Origin: Phoronis australis
Lineage: Eukaryota > Animalia > Phoronida
Length of the DNA: 64,000 nt
Assembly: GCA_002633005.1 (NCBI GenBank)
Contig: NMRA01000603.1
Coordinates: forward strand, 1-64,000
Direction of reading: 5' to 3'
The translations under genes and the position numbers were made by a program. The notes beneath the pieces were generated by a model. That model had not been told where the DNA came from. It was given only the letters and a program-made list of their open reading frames with translations, and made no database searches. Below are positions 23,431-35,771 of this stretch, in pieces; the stretch's first letter is position 1; every line of letters starts with the position of its first letter.

Positions 23431-26400
23431 GCGTGCACCAAGCCTAAAAATGGGGGCTCGAGCTTTTGAGAATGTGGACATTTATTAAGATTCACGGGGT
23501 ACTTCAGAGCTACGAATTGTGCGTTCCCCGAATTTTGGTAGTTTCTGCCTTTTCGGTGAACTTTTTTTTCGTTTTCTACTTTTTCGAAGTTTTTGTTTCT
23601 CTGAAGCGGACCTTTTTACCCACTTCCCAAATCTGGGAGGCTTGTTCAAGCCCCCGAGCCCCCCACCCCTGGGTGCACGCATGACAAGAGCTCTGTTTTT
23701 CACAAAAACTTAAAAACTTATCAGCAATGATACTTCTCTTGCACTCAATGTTGATACGTTTGTTTGCCTTAGACCAGGTAATATCTGAGAATTCCAGCTC
23801 AGAAATTTGAGCAAAAGCTGACACATAAATGCAACAAGGCGCAGACATCTTGCCAGTCTATTGTGAAGTCGCACACTCGTTCAATAATTCATGGTTTCAG
23901 CAGACTCAGCAGAGTCCTAGCTGTCCCAAAACTGTTCTTTGCGAAACACAAATGATTCAGGAATGTGCCAAGAATTGTCTCAGTACGATGACACTTGTGG
24001 CCACTTGATTTGACTTTCCTCAATTCCTAACTGCTGCCTGCTGGTTTTTGAGCCTTGGCCCTTGGTAATTTGCCTATTACTTGCACACACATCCAAGAAT
24101 TAATACTATCCAATGTAGTCAGCAGCAGTAAACACGCTAGCTAAGCCAGCAGGACAACGCCAGCTGACACTCCTCTGATGAATGTTTTCATGCCAAGCAG
24201 ACGACTTTTGAAGGGAAAAGGTATGGACACAATATTTTCCTGGCATTTGATTGGCTGTTTGGATCGTTTTGCACTGACAACAGTCTCTAATCTTTGTACT
24301 CGAAACGAACTCGAAACTATTTTTGGCAATTTCTCTGCTCCTTTTGTGCGAACTTAAGATAATTGGTTATCAGACTGTGCTCCAATACATTATAGTTTAT
24401 GCATAGGAGGTTCAAGTTCAAGTTTGCCCTTGAACACCCTTATATTCTTGCTACAAACTCGAGTAAAAACTCGAAATTTCGAGTTCAAACTCGAACATAT
24501 TGCTTTAATATTGGGTTTACAAACTGTGAACTAAGGGCAATAAATTATCTATGTAGGTTATTGTGTACTCGAGCATAGAATTATAGACTCTTATCTTGAG
24601 TTCGCCCAAAAGTAGAGTAGAAAATGCCAAACCTAATTTCGAGTTCCACTTCGAGTAAAAAAATTGGAGACCGGGCCCTGGTGGCTAACATATTATTTGA
24701 GGTTATATTTTTCCAACTTTTAACTTGAAATTCCTACTAAACGTGCGAGTGTATTCTTGGGAACTTTTTTGAAATTGACTTTTGAACATCTGTAGATGGG
24801 TTTAATGCAAAGTTCCCGTTTCCCCCAGAAAGTGGCCACGGAGGTAAGTTTATCTTAGGCGAAGTGCTGAAAGCAAAGTACATGACAGATTGAATGTCTC
24901 CTTAATTTGTTGAATAAGAAAATGGTCATATCGTTGTTAACTGACAGAAGACGATCTGTTACGTCGTTTTGTTAATTTATTGTGCAGGCAAGCACTGGCT
25001 TAAGCGATGAAAGCGGTGGTTGCCCTATCTCGCCATCTTGATTATGCTGGTTAAATAAACGACTTAACTAAGTCTGATTAAGTTATTTTTAATGCGAGCC
25101 AATGCTTACGAATGTTTCGTGTGACTGGCGACTATTAATTTCTCAAGCTGTGACTGAAAATTCGAAAGAAAAAATCGAAGGGAGGATTTTCAACTATTTG
25201 ACCGCTATTTTTCAGTCTGCTCAGAATGCTTATACCCTTACAAAAGTCGTGGTTGAATTTTGTGACAAACTAAAACAAAAAGGTCTATGCATGGGCGCAC
25301 CCAGGGGGGCTCGAACGAGCCCCCAATTTGCCGAATTGGGCAAAAGGTTCCGCCTCAGTGAAACAAAAAGTCCGAGTATAACGAGACAAAAGTCCAGGAA
25401 TTCTGCGTGGATGCACATTTCGAACGTAGTGGCCCCCGTTTTTTTAGTCGTTGATTTTTTCAGTAAAAGGACCGCATACGGAAGAATTCGAGCCCGTCTA
25501 TAGTTTAGGCTGGGTACGCGAATGATACGCATTGCTTTGTTACCTTCCACTGTCATAAGTCATGATTTGCTTACACCGCCTGTGCTCAGCCAGCGTACCT
25601 CCCGGCTGTTGAGAAGTTTGGAAGTATATACAATGTTTTTGTTATCTAATATGTAAGATTTGTAATGGTGGCTTCCAGTGCTCTCCGCCATTTTTCGTCG
25701 ATACCTATGCGGTCGCGGGATCACGTTTAGCATTTACTAGGCGCTGCCCCCGCTGGTCGCCTGCTATTATTTTGTGACTCTTTTCTACATTGTTTTCGTT
25801 CGTCAAAATAATATCTATATATTAGACATCATAACCGAAATTCCGGACCAAATGTACCTCAGTCAACCTTCATGTCGTTGATTGCGATTTTACGTTACCA
25901 CGAACTGGCATTTCCACTTTCGCGTATGAATTTTCATCTTTGAAATGAGTTTTTGATGTCATTTTGGTAGCATGAAAGAAAAAAGAACCCAAACTTTGAC
26001 TACCCAGTGTGTACATGTATTAGTTTCATGTGCCCCACTGTTCATTTTTGCAAAGAAAACTGAAGTTGAGTGACGACTTGATGAAGAAACAGAAGCTGTT
26101 GGTAAGACGTAAATTTTACTCGAGGCCCTCGTGAATCACTAGGAACTCACAATTCTCTCTGTCAAAAATTGACGATCGACGATTTGCAAACCAATCGCGT
26201 GGTTAAAGCCAACAGGAAAGAGGGATTTAGCATTTCGGACAACTTAAGACTGTGTTGAACAAAACAACTTTTGCTCAGAACTAACGTGTGAAATAAACCT
26301 TAAGGACAGGAGCAGGTTATCGAGCAATGGCAGTGGACCGAAAACAAGTAAGCCTTGATACGCCGTAAAATGTAACAATTTCGTAAAATGTAACAACTTG

Positions 26401-28396
26401 TTACATTTTAGGTGAAGCGTAGCAACGTAAAATGTAACAATGTCGTAAAATGTAACAGTTGTTACATTTTATGTTATTTTTACATTTTACGGCGGATGCA
26501 CATGCGAGAAATGTACCATTGTTAGATTTTACGAAAGCGACGTCATATTTCACTAGTTTTCATGACATTTGTCACTCGGAGGAAAACGGTTCACACAATT
26601 AGCGCCTTCTTTCCCGCGTTGTTTAAATGGAATTCTGTCAAATGTGCCAGCTCAAATTAATAGATGTGTCCCTACATGTATGTGGTTTCCATTATTTCTC
26701 AACATGAATAGTTTATTGGTATACAGATGTAGTAGTGGCAGATCTACGTTTTCAATAAAGGGGGGGTTAGGATTCGCGCTAATACGAGGTGTGCAGCCCC
26801 CAGTAAAGAGGTGTTGAGGTGGGTTTTGTTACGGATTTTGTTTTCCTGGCGAAGTTTTTTAATTTATACTTTGATCCTGTCCCGGGGAGTTAAACTCCCT
26901 TAACCCACGTAGATCCGCCGCTGTATGGTCAAAAATGTAACCGGTCCAGCTTCAAGTATCACAGCCAACGCAAAAACATTTATTGGTGTGATCTACAAAC
27001 CCCCACTTTAATTTGATGAGGCACCATGATGAAACTAGTTTTCATAATCAAAATTGATATGCTAAAGCATCTGTTGCTTTGGATAATCTCTTGATTAAGA
27101 TTTAAAAACCGGTCATATTTTCATTTTTCACTAATTTGGTTCACGATTCAGAACCCAAACTGCAGTTCAAGCAGCTTGCAAATAGATTCGTGCAGTTCAC
27201 AAAATTCAAAAAGGTTGTGACTGTGTACACATAGTACAGATGTATACGAGGCTTAGATAAAATGATAAGGACATTCTCAATGCTTGTTTGTGGATGGTTT
27301 TCACAGCCTGGCTCATCCCTTTCCGGCGCCCGCGTGAATGTAAAGATGACCTATTGCATTCATGGTTGGTTTTACATGTACTTAATTTCAGTATCGCAGT
27401 CTTCGAACTTGAGCAAATATATATGATGGCCCGATTTTCTCTTTTCGCACTGCCCAATTAAGTACTGCAAACTAATGTGCAGATTTTCGCCACTTTTAAG
27501 CTTTTCGGGGATTCGAGTTCTTGGGTTGCAGAACTTGACGCGATTTTGTTGTTACTGCAGGGTAATGGATATCTTGATTTCTGTGCAGTGGTGGAGTGGA
27601 AGTTTGGCTACTGTACTTGATGCAGACTCGCTAGATAACAGTCAACAATGACGTGTTTTTAACCACTTGTGTATGCTCGAAGGATTTCTGCCGTGTAGAT
27701 GTACATGTACGTCTTCATAGCGAAGTGACATAAAACGAAATGCGCGTAACCTACACGAACACTCGTCCTGTGAGCTAAACCATAACCCCTGACGTGCTGC
27801 GTTCGAAAGAAAGTGACTCAAGTGCCCTCTACGTTATTGTGATCAATGGGATCTACTGTAAATGATTGAACAACACGTGCTAATTACGACAGGAATTACT
27901 TGTCCCAATCCAGCCTACACTGTAAAATGTACACATACTCGTAAAAAACGTCATACAGCAAAAAAGACCCATGTCGCATAAATTCATTGTAGACGTACAT
28001 GTACATGTAAACGTCAACATAAAACATTACTGAAGTTCAATTTATGGAAACGTGTTTATTTGAGGAAAAAGAAATTAACAAAGCATAAAGTTCACCACAC
28101 ATCTATATTTCAAAATAACCACTTATCAAAAAAACGCAGACAAAAATCAAAGATGTGTCTTGTGGGTATCGTTTTTGTACAAAGAATTCCACTTGCTGGA
28201 ACGCTATTGGAGAGGCACTCCGAACTAACTAAAACTCAAAATTCCTTAAACAATACACGATATGCTATCTCTTCAAACTGATAAAGACTTACTGGAACAC
28301 TGATTCCAAGTCTAACATATTTTGTGTAATGTAGACTGTAAAGTTCCATTTTTGTCAACTGGTCTTGACCCAGTTGATGAAGACCACAGCAGACGT

Positions 28397-29029
28397 TCAT
28401 TTCCAGTAAATCTTTCTTATGTGGTACCAGCCATGCCCGCAGCTGATCGCCGGACCAATCGACAACCACGCTTGCCACCACTTTTTATTGCGGGACAACA
28501 TATTTCGTATTACTTTGGTTAGACCACTGTGTTTTCCAGATGTTCTGAAAATCCGCTGAGCAGATAGATCAGTGTGCCAGTTTCCAACATCGAGTTTGTC
28601 GGCTACTTCAGGTCGGATGTACACAGGATACAATGATCGATACATTTCAGGGTCACAAGTAGGCCTGTTGCATTGGTCAAAGTGTTTTTGGACAATGTAA
28701 CAGAACGCCGTAGTCACTAACGACAGCGAAAGTGCATTTTTTACATTAGCATGCAAACATTCAATAACGATCTTTTCCAGCAGCTCGGGAGGGAGTAATT
28801 GTACCCTGGCATTTTCTGTTGTGCCGCTTATTTTCCTGCCTTCATCAGCTACCTCAATACCGGCAGTGATGCTCTCTCTACAGAGTTCTTCGATTTCCAT
28901 CTCTTCTGTATCACTGGCGTTATCTCTCTCGTCATCAGTCGCGTACGCCTCTCTGTCGACAACGACCTCTACAAAAGACTCATTTTCTTTATTTTCTCCC
29001 TCTTGTGTACCGGTATCTGTATTTTCCAC
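28397..29029 (-). pseudogene. Acidic linker + F-box-like domain + unknown C-terminal domain of the transposon ORF
   Basis: LLPPELLEKIVIECL...LSLSLVTTAFCYIV fits the F-box LPxELLxxI...L..V..F pattern. Confidence 0.55.
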
Positions 29030-29045
29030 CTACATCACCTCACTA

Positions 29046-29705
29046 CTATTTTTCACCAACATCTCTTTCCGGTTGTTCCTCATAATCCTCATTTATGTCC
29101 TCGCCTTGATCGATTGATTGTAAAAGTAAGTTTAGAGCACTGTCCTGAACGGTAATAGACAGATAATGCTCCCCTTCACCCTGTGGGAAATAACCCAAAC
29201 TGAACAATGGCAAATTCTTGTCGTAAGTTCCAGTGGTTGACACAATGGTGGTGTTGGTTGGACCTCTACTTGACACTATTAACACCTGCATGTTGTAACG
29301 ACAGCACAATGCTAAATGTGTAAGATGGTCAGCATAGGTAGTAGTCTTTAACATAGATCTCGTGTTATAGTCTGGCAGCACAGCAATGAAATCCTTAAAA
29401 ACTGTACAGTGCTCACGAATGTAACCCAGTGCTTGTTGCCGTAACTGCAAAGGTGTGCGGTGAACAGATATCCTAAGGAGTTGATGGGCTAAGGCTTCAA
29501 ACTGACAACTTCCTGCGGCTTTACAGGGGTCTAGCAACACTCGGACGCCATGATGAGCCTGGAGAAAGTCACTGACTCTGTCCTGGTGTTTCTTCACAAC
29601 GAAATACTTCTGTCTGTGCTTCTGCTTCATAAGAATTTCATGGCGCACGTCTTGAGACCTCTTTTTCCGAAGACTTTGTTTAGAAGTCGTACTCGTGACA
29701 TCCAC
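29046..29705 (-). pseudogene. OTU-family cysteine protease (deubiquitinase) domain of the transposon ORF
   Basis: GSCQFEALAHQL (Cys box), YADHLT, EHYLS (His box); same frame as the 29715-29969 ORF across a single TAG. Confidence 0.75.
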
Positions 29706-29714
29706 TACTGAAAT

Positions 29715-30495
29715 CTATTCGACAGCATTGCAACGTTTACCAGGTCTCGAGAACCGCACGTAATAATTTTCTTTTACGAGATCTCTTTGTTCAACTTTGA
29801 CCTCCAACACGAATCTTCTTGTGGGTATCCGATTCCTGTGACTTGTTCGAGGGAATCTAACGAGGACTTTTTCTCCAACTTGGTAGACTGGGTTTTGAAT
29901 TCCCTTCGAGTGACGTTGTATCTTTAACTGAGCACATTTCGCCGACGCAACACGGGATTTTCTCAGCACAGAGCAATCTGCAATATGGAAAACGTCAATT
30001 GGTTTCTGGAATCCAAGTAATTCTCTTGGAATGCTGTTTATGGCTTCTTGTATTTGGTGTAACCTTTTGGCCCAGTTAAACCCCGGTTTTTACTCATCTT
30101 GTACTGAATTTTTCGCCGCACTCCAACGTGGCTGACTTCGCACTTTCCTTGTGACTGTGGGTTGTACGCTCTGCTTCGGATGACATGTATTTTTCTTTTT
30201 TTCAAAAACGTGTCTACAACCCCCTTGAACTCTGTTCCATTATCACGCTGAATAAGTTTTGGTGATTCAAGATCTGCAATGAATGTTCGGAGTTCCTTTT
30301 TCACACCAGAACTGCTTTTATCAACCAGCGGTTGGAGTATCAGGAATCGTGAAAAAACGTCAATAACAGACAAAATCCACTGATAAATTTTACCCTCGTA
30401 ATTTACGCGAACGTTACTCATATTAATTGTGCGTCGTCTTCTCTTTTTTGGAGACTTTTTCTGTTTTTCTAAATCGAAGGGTTTCATTCTGTACC
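29715..30495 (-). pseudogene. Retroviral-type DDE (rve) integrase with C-terminal domain
   Basis: ILSVIDVFSRF, IQRDNGTEF, RSRAYNPQSQGKCE (KRBA2/SCAND3-like); frameshift near 30080, then NWAKRL..INSIPRELLG and VYQVGEKVLVR; acceptor ttttcag at 30496 and donor gtgag at 30709 suggest an intron. Confidence 0.85.
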
Positions 30496-32111
30496 TGAAA
30501 ACCTTTTGAAAACATCAGTAATAAAACAAAACGGTATGGCAGCGGTGAACATTGTCAATAATTATGACCTTCGTACAGTCTTATGTGATAGATGATTTGA
30601 CATTTGTTCATATTAACATTAATGGGAACTGTCTGTCGACCACTTGCATTCAAACACTAACTGTGTTGAGGCAAAATATGAAATTAACAGCCCATCTAAA
30701 AACGCTCACCCTTTCGTTAACTTCTGAGAATTTAACGCTCGACTGTCACAGTGAGATTCTTGGCACTTTATGAGAACACCCTAGAAACATGGCATCACTG
30801 ATTATTGGACGTACGTGATAGCTCCTCCCAACAAGTGGCGTTACTGACGAATTCTTGCAAACTTCAGCCTGCCTTTGAGACATCAAACAAACCCGCTCGT
30901 CACTTCAAAGCGAGGTTGCGCCTCTTTCTGTCATGTCTTTCCCAAAACGAAACAGGGCGCGCACAACAGAACATCAAAACATCGGTCATTGGACTAAAAG
31001 CGCGCAACGAATCAGCTACAGAGTGGTACTTGGCCTGCGAATGAAAACTTCTTAAAGACAATGTGGCTCAAGGAAATATAACAACTCGTTTATTTGCAGG
31101 CAGGTTGACAGACTTCCAGTGCAACAACAAAAATGGGTTTTAGAAGAACGAGCTAATAGTTTAAAAACGGTGCGGCGTAGTCCCATGTTTTAAACATCTT
31201 TTAAAAGATGAAAGAAATATCACTGTTACGATAAAATCAAATCTGTTTGTTATTTTATCAGTGTTTGTTAGTCCGAAACATATATATAAAGACAGAGATT
31301 GGACATCGTGCTACCAACGAACAGCCATTTTGGTGTTTCAGGTTGCCGCCAACCACACGCGTAGTTGTGGACAGATAAGGGAATTTGGTATATTTACTCT
31401 TTGCTACATCACATAAAATGCATACTTAACACTATTGCTGACTCCGATGTTGGCTGTTTTTGTTCCATACAACCCACTTTCAAAGAAACCAACTTCAAAT
31501 TCCAATGCCATTCGGCACATCAAATTGTTACGTGTTTCGTACAGGTGTATGTTCGTTATCAGCTATTCTAATGACCTGGTGACTGCAATCAAAGCCGATT
31601 AGTCGCCAGTTCTCGAAAAATGTCTTTCTCCAGAGTTCAACTTAACGCAATTTTTGAACTTACATATCATTGTTGAGCGAGCCCCAGTTGAAAAGGAATG
31701 TTTTTAACAAGAGACAAAAATGGTACAACACTATGTATCCTCACTTATAGATGTAAGTCGCAAAAGATTACAGTCTGAATTCATTTCTTCGTGGCAAACT
31801 ATGGACGGATATAGTCATGTCACGAACAATACCGAGCTTGCCGATAGTTCAGATGTAATAATTTTTTAAGTTGGCGCAAGTTTAAAAACGGTTTTAAATC
31901 TCAACCTCCTCGTTTCCAAAAAGTAGGCCTACTCTGCATCCACAGCTGTCAAGGCGTTTCTCACAATATCGTTAAGGTTGAACTTAGGACTCTCTTTAAA
32001 GTTATTTTGAATCTGCACCCGCTGTCCATTATGGTAAGTCCCTTGAAAAGTTTGAACTATATGGTTTTGAAATCTTTGAAGACCATGGTTTATTAGCACT
32101 TTATTAAGCAT

Positions 32112-32430
32112 CAGTGGCGGATCTAGGATACCATAAAGGAGGGGCAACATCGCAACATGTTGTCTCGGGGAATTGGGAAAGCGCGATTTCGTTTGCAGCA
32201 CACGCCCGAAAGTTGCAGGAGCCGGTTAGGCGAACCTTCTGCTGCTGTTGCAATGAAAAAAAAACGGGAACACCTCGACCTGGGGTCTAAGAAGCCCCCA
32301 TTGTGCGCTACCGGTCCTGGTTACTCAATAATTCCTCACGCTTCACGCTGTTGCTGTTCCATTTTGCTTGCGGAAGCGAAGGGTTTGGGGGGCCCGGGCC
32401 CCCTGGGCCCCCTAAATCCTCATTTGAACA
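32112..32430. mobile_element. CAGTGGCGG-type MITE nested in the Ginger-like element (another at 26733-26923)
   Basis: Homologous to the copies at 39460-39783 and 42095-42389. Confidence 0.7.
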
Positions 32431-32473
32431 TGTATTGTGTATACTACACTGTGCCCTCGTAAAATGAATTCAA

Positions 32474-32670
32474 TGATAATAACAATAATAATAATAATAA
32501 CAATAATTAAACTCTAGAGTTCCATGTTTGCTGCTACTCTTGTCATTGACAACATTCTGATCCCGGCTGTGTTTGTGATGTATGTACATGTATGTACAGT
32601 GTATGTATGTATGTATGTATGTATGCGTGCATGTGTGTTATTATTTTTTACGGTGAAATATTTAGTTCAA

Positions 32671-32716
<46 letters not shown>

Positions 32717-32745
32717 AACAACAACAACAAAACAACAACAACAAC

Positions 32746-32775
<30 letters not shown>
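32474..32775. repeat. Compound microsatellite (AAT, TATG, TA, AAC)
   Basis: Seen directly. Confidence 0.9.
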
Positions 32776-32776
<1 letters not shown>

Positions 32777-34001
32777 GTTAACCAAATTCATACCATGTCA
32801 GCCCGGACGGATTCCTACAGAAAAAGTATACGAAAAATGTTACACAAAAGGGTGTTTTTTCAGAGCAAAAAACTCTGTGTCATTTTCAACAATCTAAAAG
32901 CGTGACTTTTTGGAATTTTTGTGACTTTTTACATAAAATTACCCTCTAAATGTGTCACGTTTTTGTCCGAGCACACTCTCTAAATGAGTAGGTATCCAAA
33001 ATTTTCGGTCCACACCTCTCGTCCAGAAATACTCGAATAGGCGTACCCCCGGCCGTGTCAGATAACCCCTGTTCGTGATTTTGTCATTAATTTTTTAAAA
33101 TATGACGTCAAAATGTAACAATGGTACATTTCTCGAATGTGCATCCGCCGTAAAATGTAACAATAACATAAAATGTATCAACTTGTTACATTTTAGGAGA
33201 GGCGTACCAACGTAAAATGTAACAAAGTCGTAAAATGTAGCAGTTGTTACATTTTACGAAATTGTTACATTTTACGGCGTATCAAGGCCTACGTCTAGCA
33301 ATCACAGGGTGGTGCCCGGTGACGGAACACGAGTTCGATCCTTGAAATCTTACAATTTCCAATACCGCGGTTAACCTGTACAAATGCTATAAAACAAGAA
33401 TTCTTAATTTGTTGATTAAAAAATCTGAACTGAGCAAGGACATTCTGGATGATGTTCATACAAGTCATGTAGATACATACAGTTACCAACATGAATAAGG
33501 CATTTGAGTATGCGTCGTGACCATATGCGCCTGCTTGCCTCTGTTCGCTATCGGAACAAAATATTACGTACAGTAAAAAAGGTGCAAACGGAGAATAATG
33601 GCCGTTTTTAGTGCCAACATGACGAGTTGAAAATTTGCCGCGCGGCCACGTTGGATTCCAGATCTGGGTTGTGAGATTTTGCCGCGCTAGTCGCAAATAG
33701 CCAAACTGGGGCCGTTGAGGGCTGATTACATTACAGAAATTATGAAAAAAATGCTTGTTTTCAGAAGCAAAAACAAAATTTTCCCAGGGGCATTCCTCGA
33801 CCTCTCAAAAATTCGCCGATACGCGCCTCTGCATACACGCTTTGCGCGCTTGTCTACGAGACAAATTGTTGCCTCCTGTGATGTCTTAGATCAGCCATTG
33901 TAATTAGTTTTGGGGCGTACTCGTCCCGGGGCTTGAATTCCGATTTCTAAAATTGTCATGTTAATCAGTCACCAAATCCGAGATGAAATGTTGCAAGCCA
34001 G

Positions 34002-34147
34002 GCATGCGTTCAGCAATGCTAGGACCTACACCTGTAGCTAAAAACTAGCCAAAATCAGATGTTCTCATTTGAAATACCCAGTATTATCTTACGTAATCTC
34101 GCGAAGTCATGCTTTTTAGCGAGGTCCCAGTGTTACTGAACTGGAGG
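34002..34147 (-). mobile_element. ~150-bp MITE with CWG TSD (PIF/Harbinger-like); copies at 40869-41017, 42926-43076, 57080-57222
   Basis: Imperfect TIR core CGTTCAGTA/TACTGAACG; TSD CAG/CAG (two copies) and CTG/CTG (one copy). Confidence 0.8.
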
Positions 34148-34797
34148 CAGAATTTTTCAATCAACTGTGCCCACGAACAAAGTATGGCTGAAACGAAAAC
34201 GAAGACGAACATTCGCTGCACTTGTATTAATTAGTTACACTAACACTCAACAACTGTGATCATGTGGATTTGTAATTGTAAGAACGTCACTGTCCATACA
34301 TACCCAGTGAACCTGAAGATGGCCACCGTGGTAGCGACCCATGGTCCTAGCGGTCCTAGCGGGAAAACGTGTATACAGTGCCACGTGTGTCCAATACGAT
34401 TTCATTGTTTTCATTGCGCAACCTGTAAAAGTTCACCACTTGGTAATTCAGCGTCCTAAGGGCCGAAATTCTGCTAAGATCATTTTCAGCAGACGCTGCG
34501 TTCATGAACCTACTATCTGGCCGGGTGATCGACCAACTGTTTTGCCATGTACTGTATCGCAAACGTAAGAAATTGTGTCCACGTTAACCGGTTGATCATT
34601 CGCTGGATCACCGCTGTGGACCCTATTTTAAAAGCGTCAGCGAGCTATCAGAAGCCGCAATGTATCCAATTCTAGTAATGGCAAAAATTACTCTCTCGAG
34701 TATCTTTTCGTTTCAAAGGAATCTTTTTCTGGCATGGTTCTCTATTTCAGTGTAACATCTTACACACGAGTTAATTGCTATCACTTCATGCAAAATC

Positions 34798-35496
34798 ATT
34801 TATATGCGCTAACTGCGAAGCGATACCGAAGCTAGTTTACAGTGAAACAACACGTGTAGGTGAGATAAAAGGTCATATATATTTTGACAAACTAAACTAC
34901 TACACATATCGATAAATACACAAGTTATGTTGAGCTTTCAAGGTGGGTGACCTGCCAATGAAGCAATGAAGGTATACACATGTGTTGAACTAGAAAGATA
35001 AGTAGCAATATGCGGAAGCAACGCCGGGACAGCGACATGGGAAAATTAAGTGTACTGAAGGGAAGGAAAGAAAATTGGTTTGAGGGAGGGAGAGAGAAAG
35101 AAAACTCGAAACTTGAAGAGAATTATGAACGGTGGCCCAGTGTTGCGACAAAACAAAGATATCACGTGGTAAAATTAAACTAATAATCGTAGAACAAAGA
35201 GGGTCAGTGACCCGAGAATCAAAACAATATGATAATGAGGACGAAAAAGTATAGGTTACATAAAATAAATTATTGCTTAGTTAATATTTATATGCGCTAA
35301 CTACGAAGCGATAGCGAAGCTAGTTTACAGTGAAACAGCATGTGTAGGTGAGATAGAAGATCATATACATTATGACAAATTAAACTACTACATATATCGA
35401 TATTTACAAAAAGTTTTATAATGTGTTGAGCTGTAAAGGTGGGTGACAATCTGCCACAGATGCAGCAGAAGGATGCATCCGCCCACCAATATTTAT
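34798..35496. mobile_element. Unclassified ~700-bp element with two ~150-bp direct repeats and a 3' hairpin
   Basis: Repeats at about 34798-34951 and 35286-35447, purine-rich spacer, hairpin GATGCA..TGCATC. Confidence 0.6.
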
Positions 35497-35771
35497 CCAA
35501 CGGTATTGTGAATGAAGGAGGCCAAAACTGTGTTAAAGGCAAAGAAAAATATTTTGATGTAGCTACTTTTTGACTTTCGTAAATCCCAGTCTTCGTTTAC
35601 TCGATGTCACAGTAAGTTAACGAATCAAGAGTCAGAAGAGATTAGAATCCCCTTTAGAATCTACTCCACTAAAGTGGGTCGGAATGCCTATTGTTTCTCT
35701 AAAGTTTGAGGTCCTGGGTTAAAAACAAATTGGACAGACTAGAACCTGTAGTTGGCCTTCTGTAATTTCAG

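Larger units (their letters stand above)
22397..23683. mobile_element. GC-rich CATG-ended MITE (split by the 22409-23430 insertion); further copies at 25290-25524 and 45245-45468
   Basis: CATGCGTGCACC...GGTGCACGCATG; near 5-bp TSDs (AGAAG/ACAAG; GACAG/AACAG). Confidence 0.75.
18590..24846 (-). mobile_element. Academ-like (XPG/Cys8-type) DNA transposon remnant, interrupted by nested insertions
   Basis: C-terminal LPP...KRANYQ...W..LP.AP...CKRSGCSKKMCSCLKSGMPCSKLC at 20860-21170; N-terminal FYHKQCYRHLT at about 22390; terminus TACCTCCGTGGCCA (rc at 24846) shared with the copy at 48175; subterminal AAACTCGA repeats at 24300-24660. Confidence 0.6.
26356..33284 (-). mobile_element. Ginger-like (Ginger2/TDD-type) integrase DNA transposon, decayed
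   Basis: TIRs of about 190 bp starting TGATACGCCGTAAAATGTAAC (26356-~26550 and ~33098-33284); flanks AAGCCT/AGGCCT (possible 6-bp TSD, 1 mismatch); internal rve integrase; no RT, gag or PolB recognised. Confidence 0.8.

Noticed and set aside
26958-26980. TATCACAGCCA resembling miR-2
   Set aside because: Only the first 11 nt match, no hairpin seen, and it lies inside a transposon
26356-33284. Polinton/Maverick or LTR retrotransposon identity for the integrase element
   Set aside because: No PolB, ATPase, capsid, RT or LTRs recognised; termini are not AG..CT
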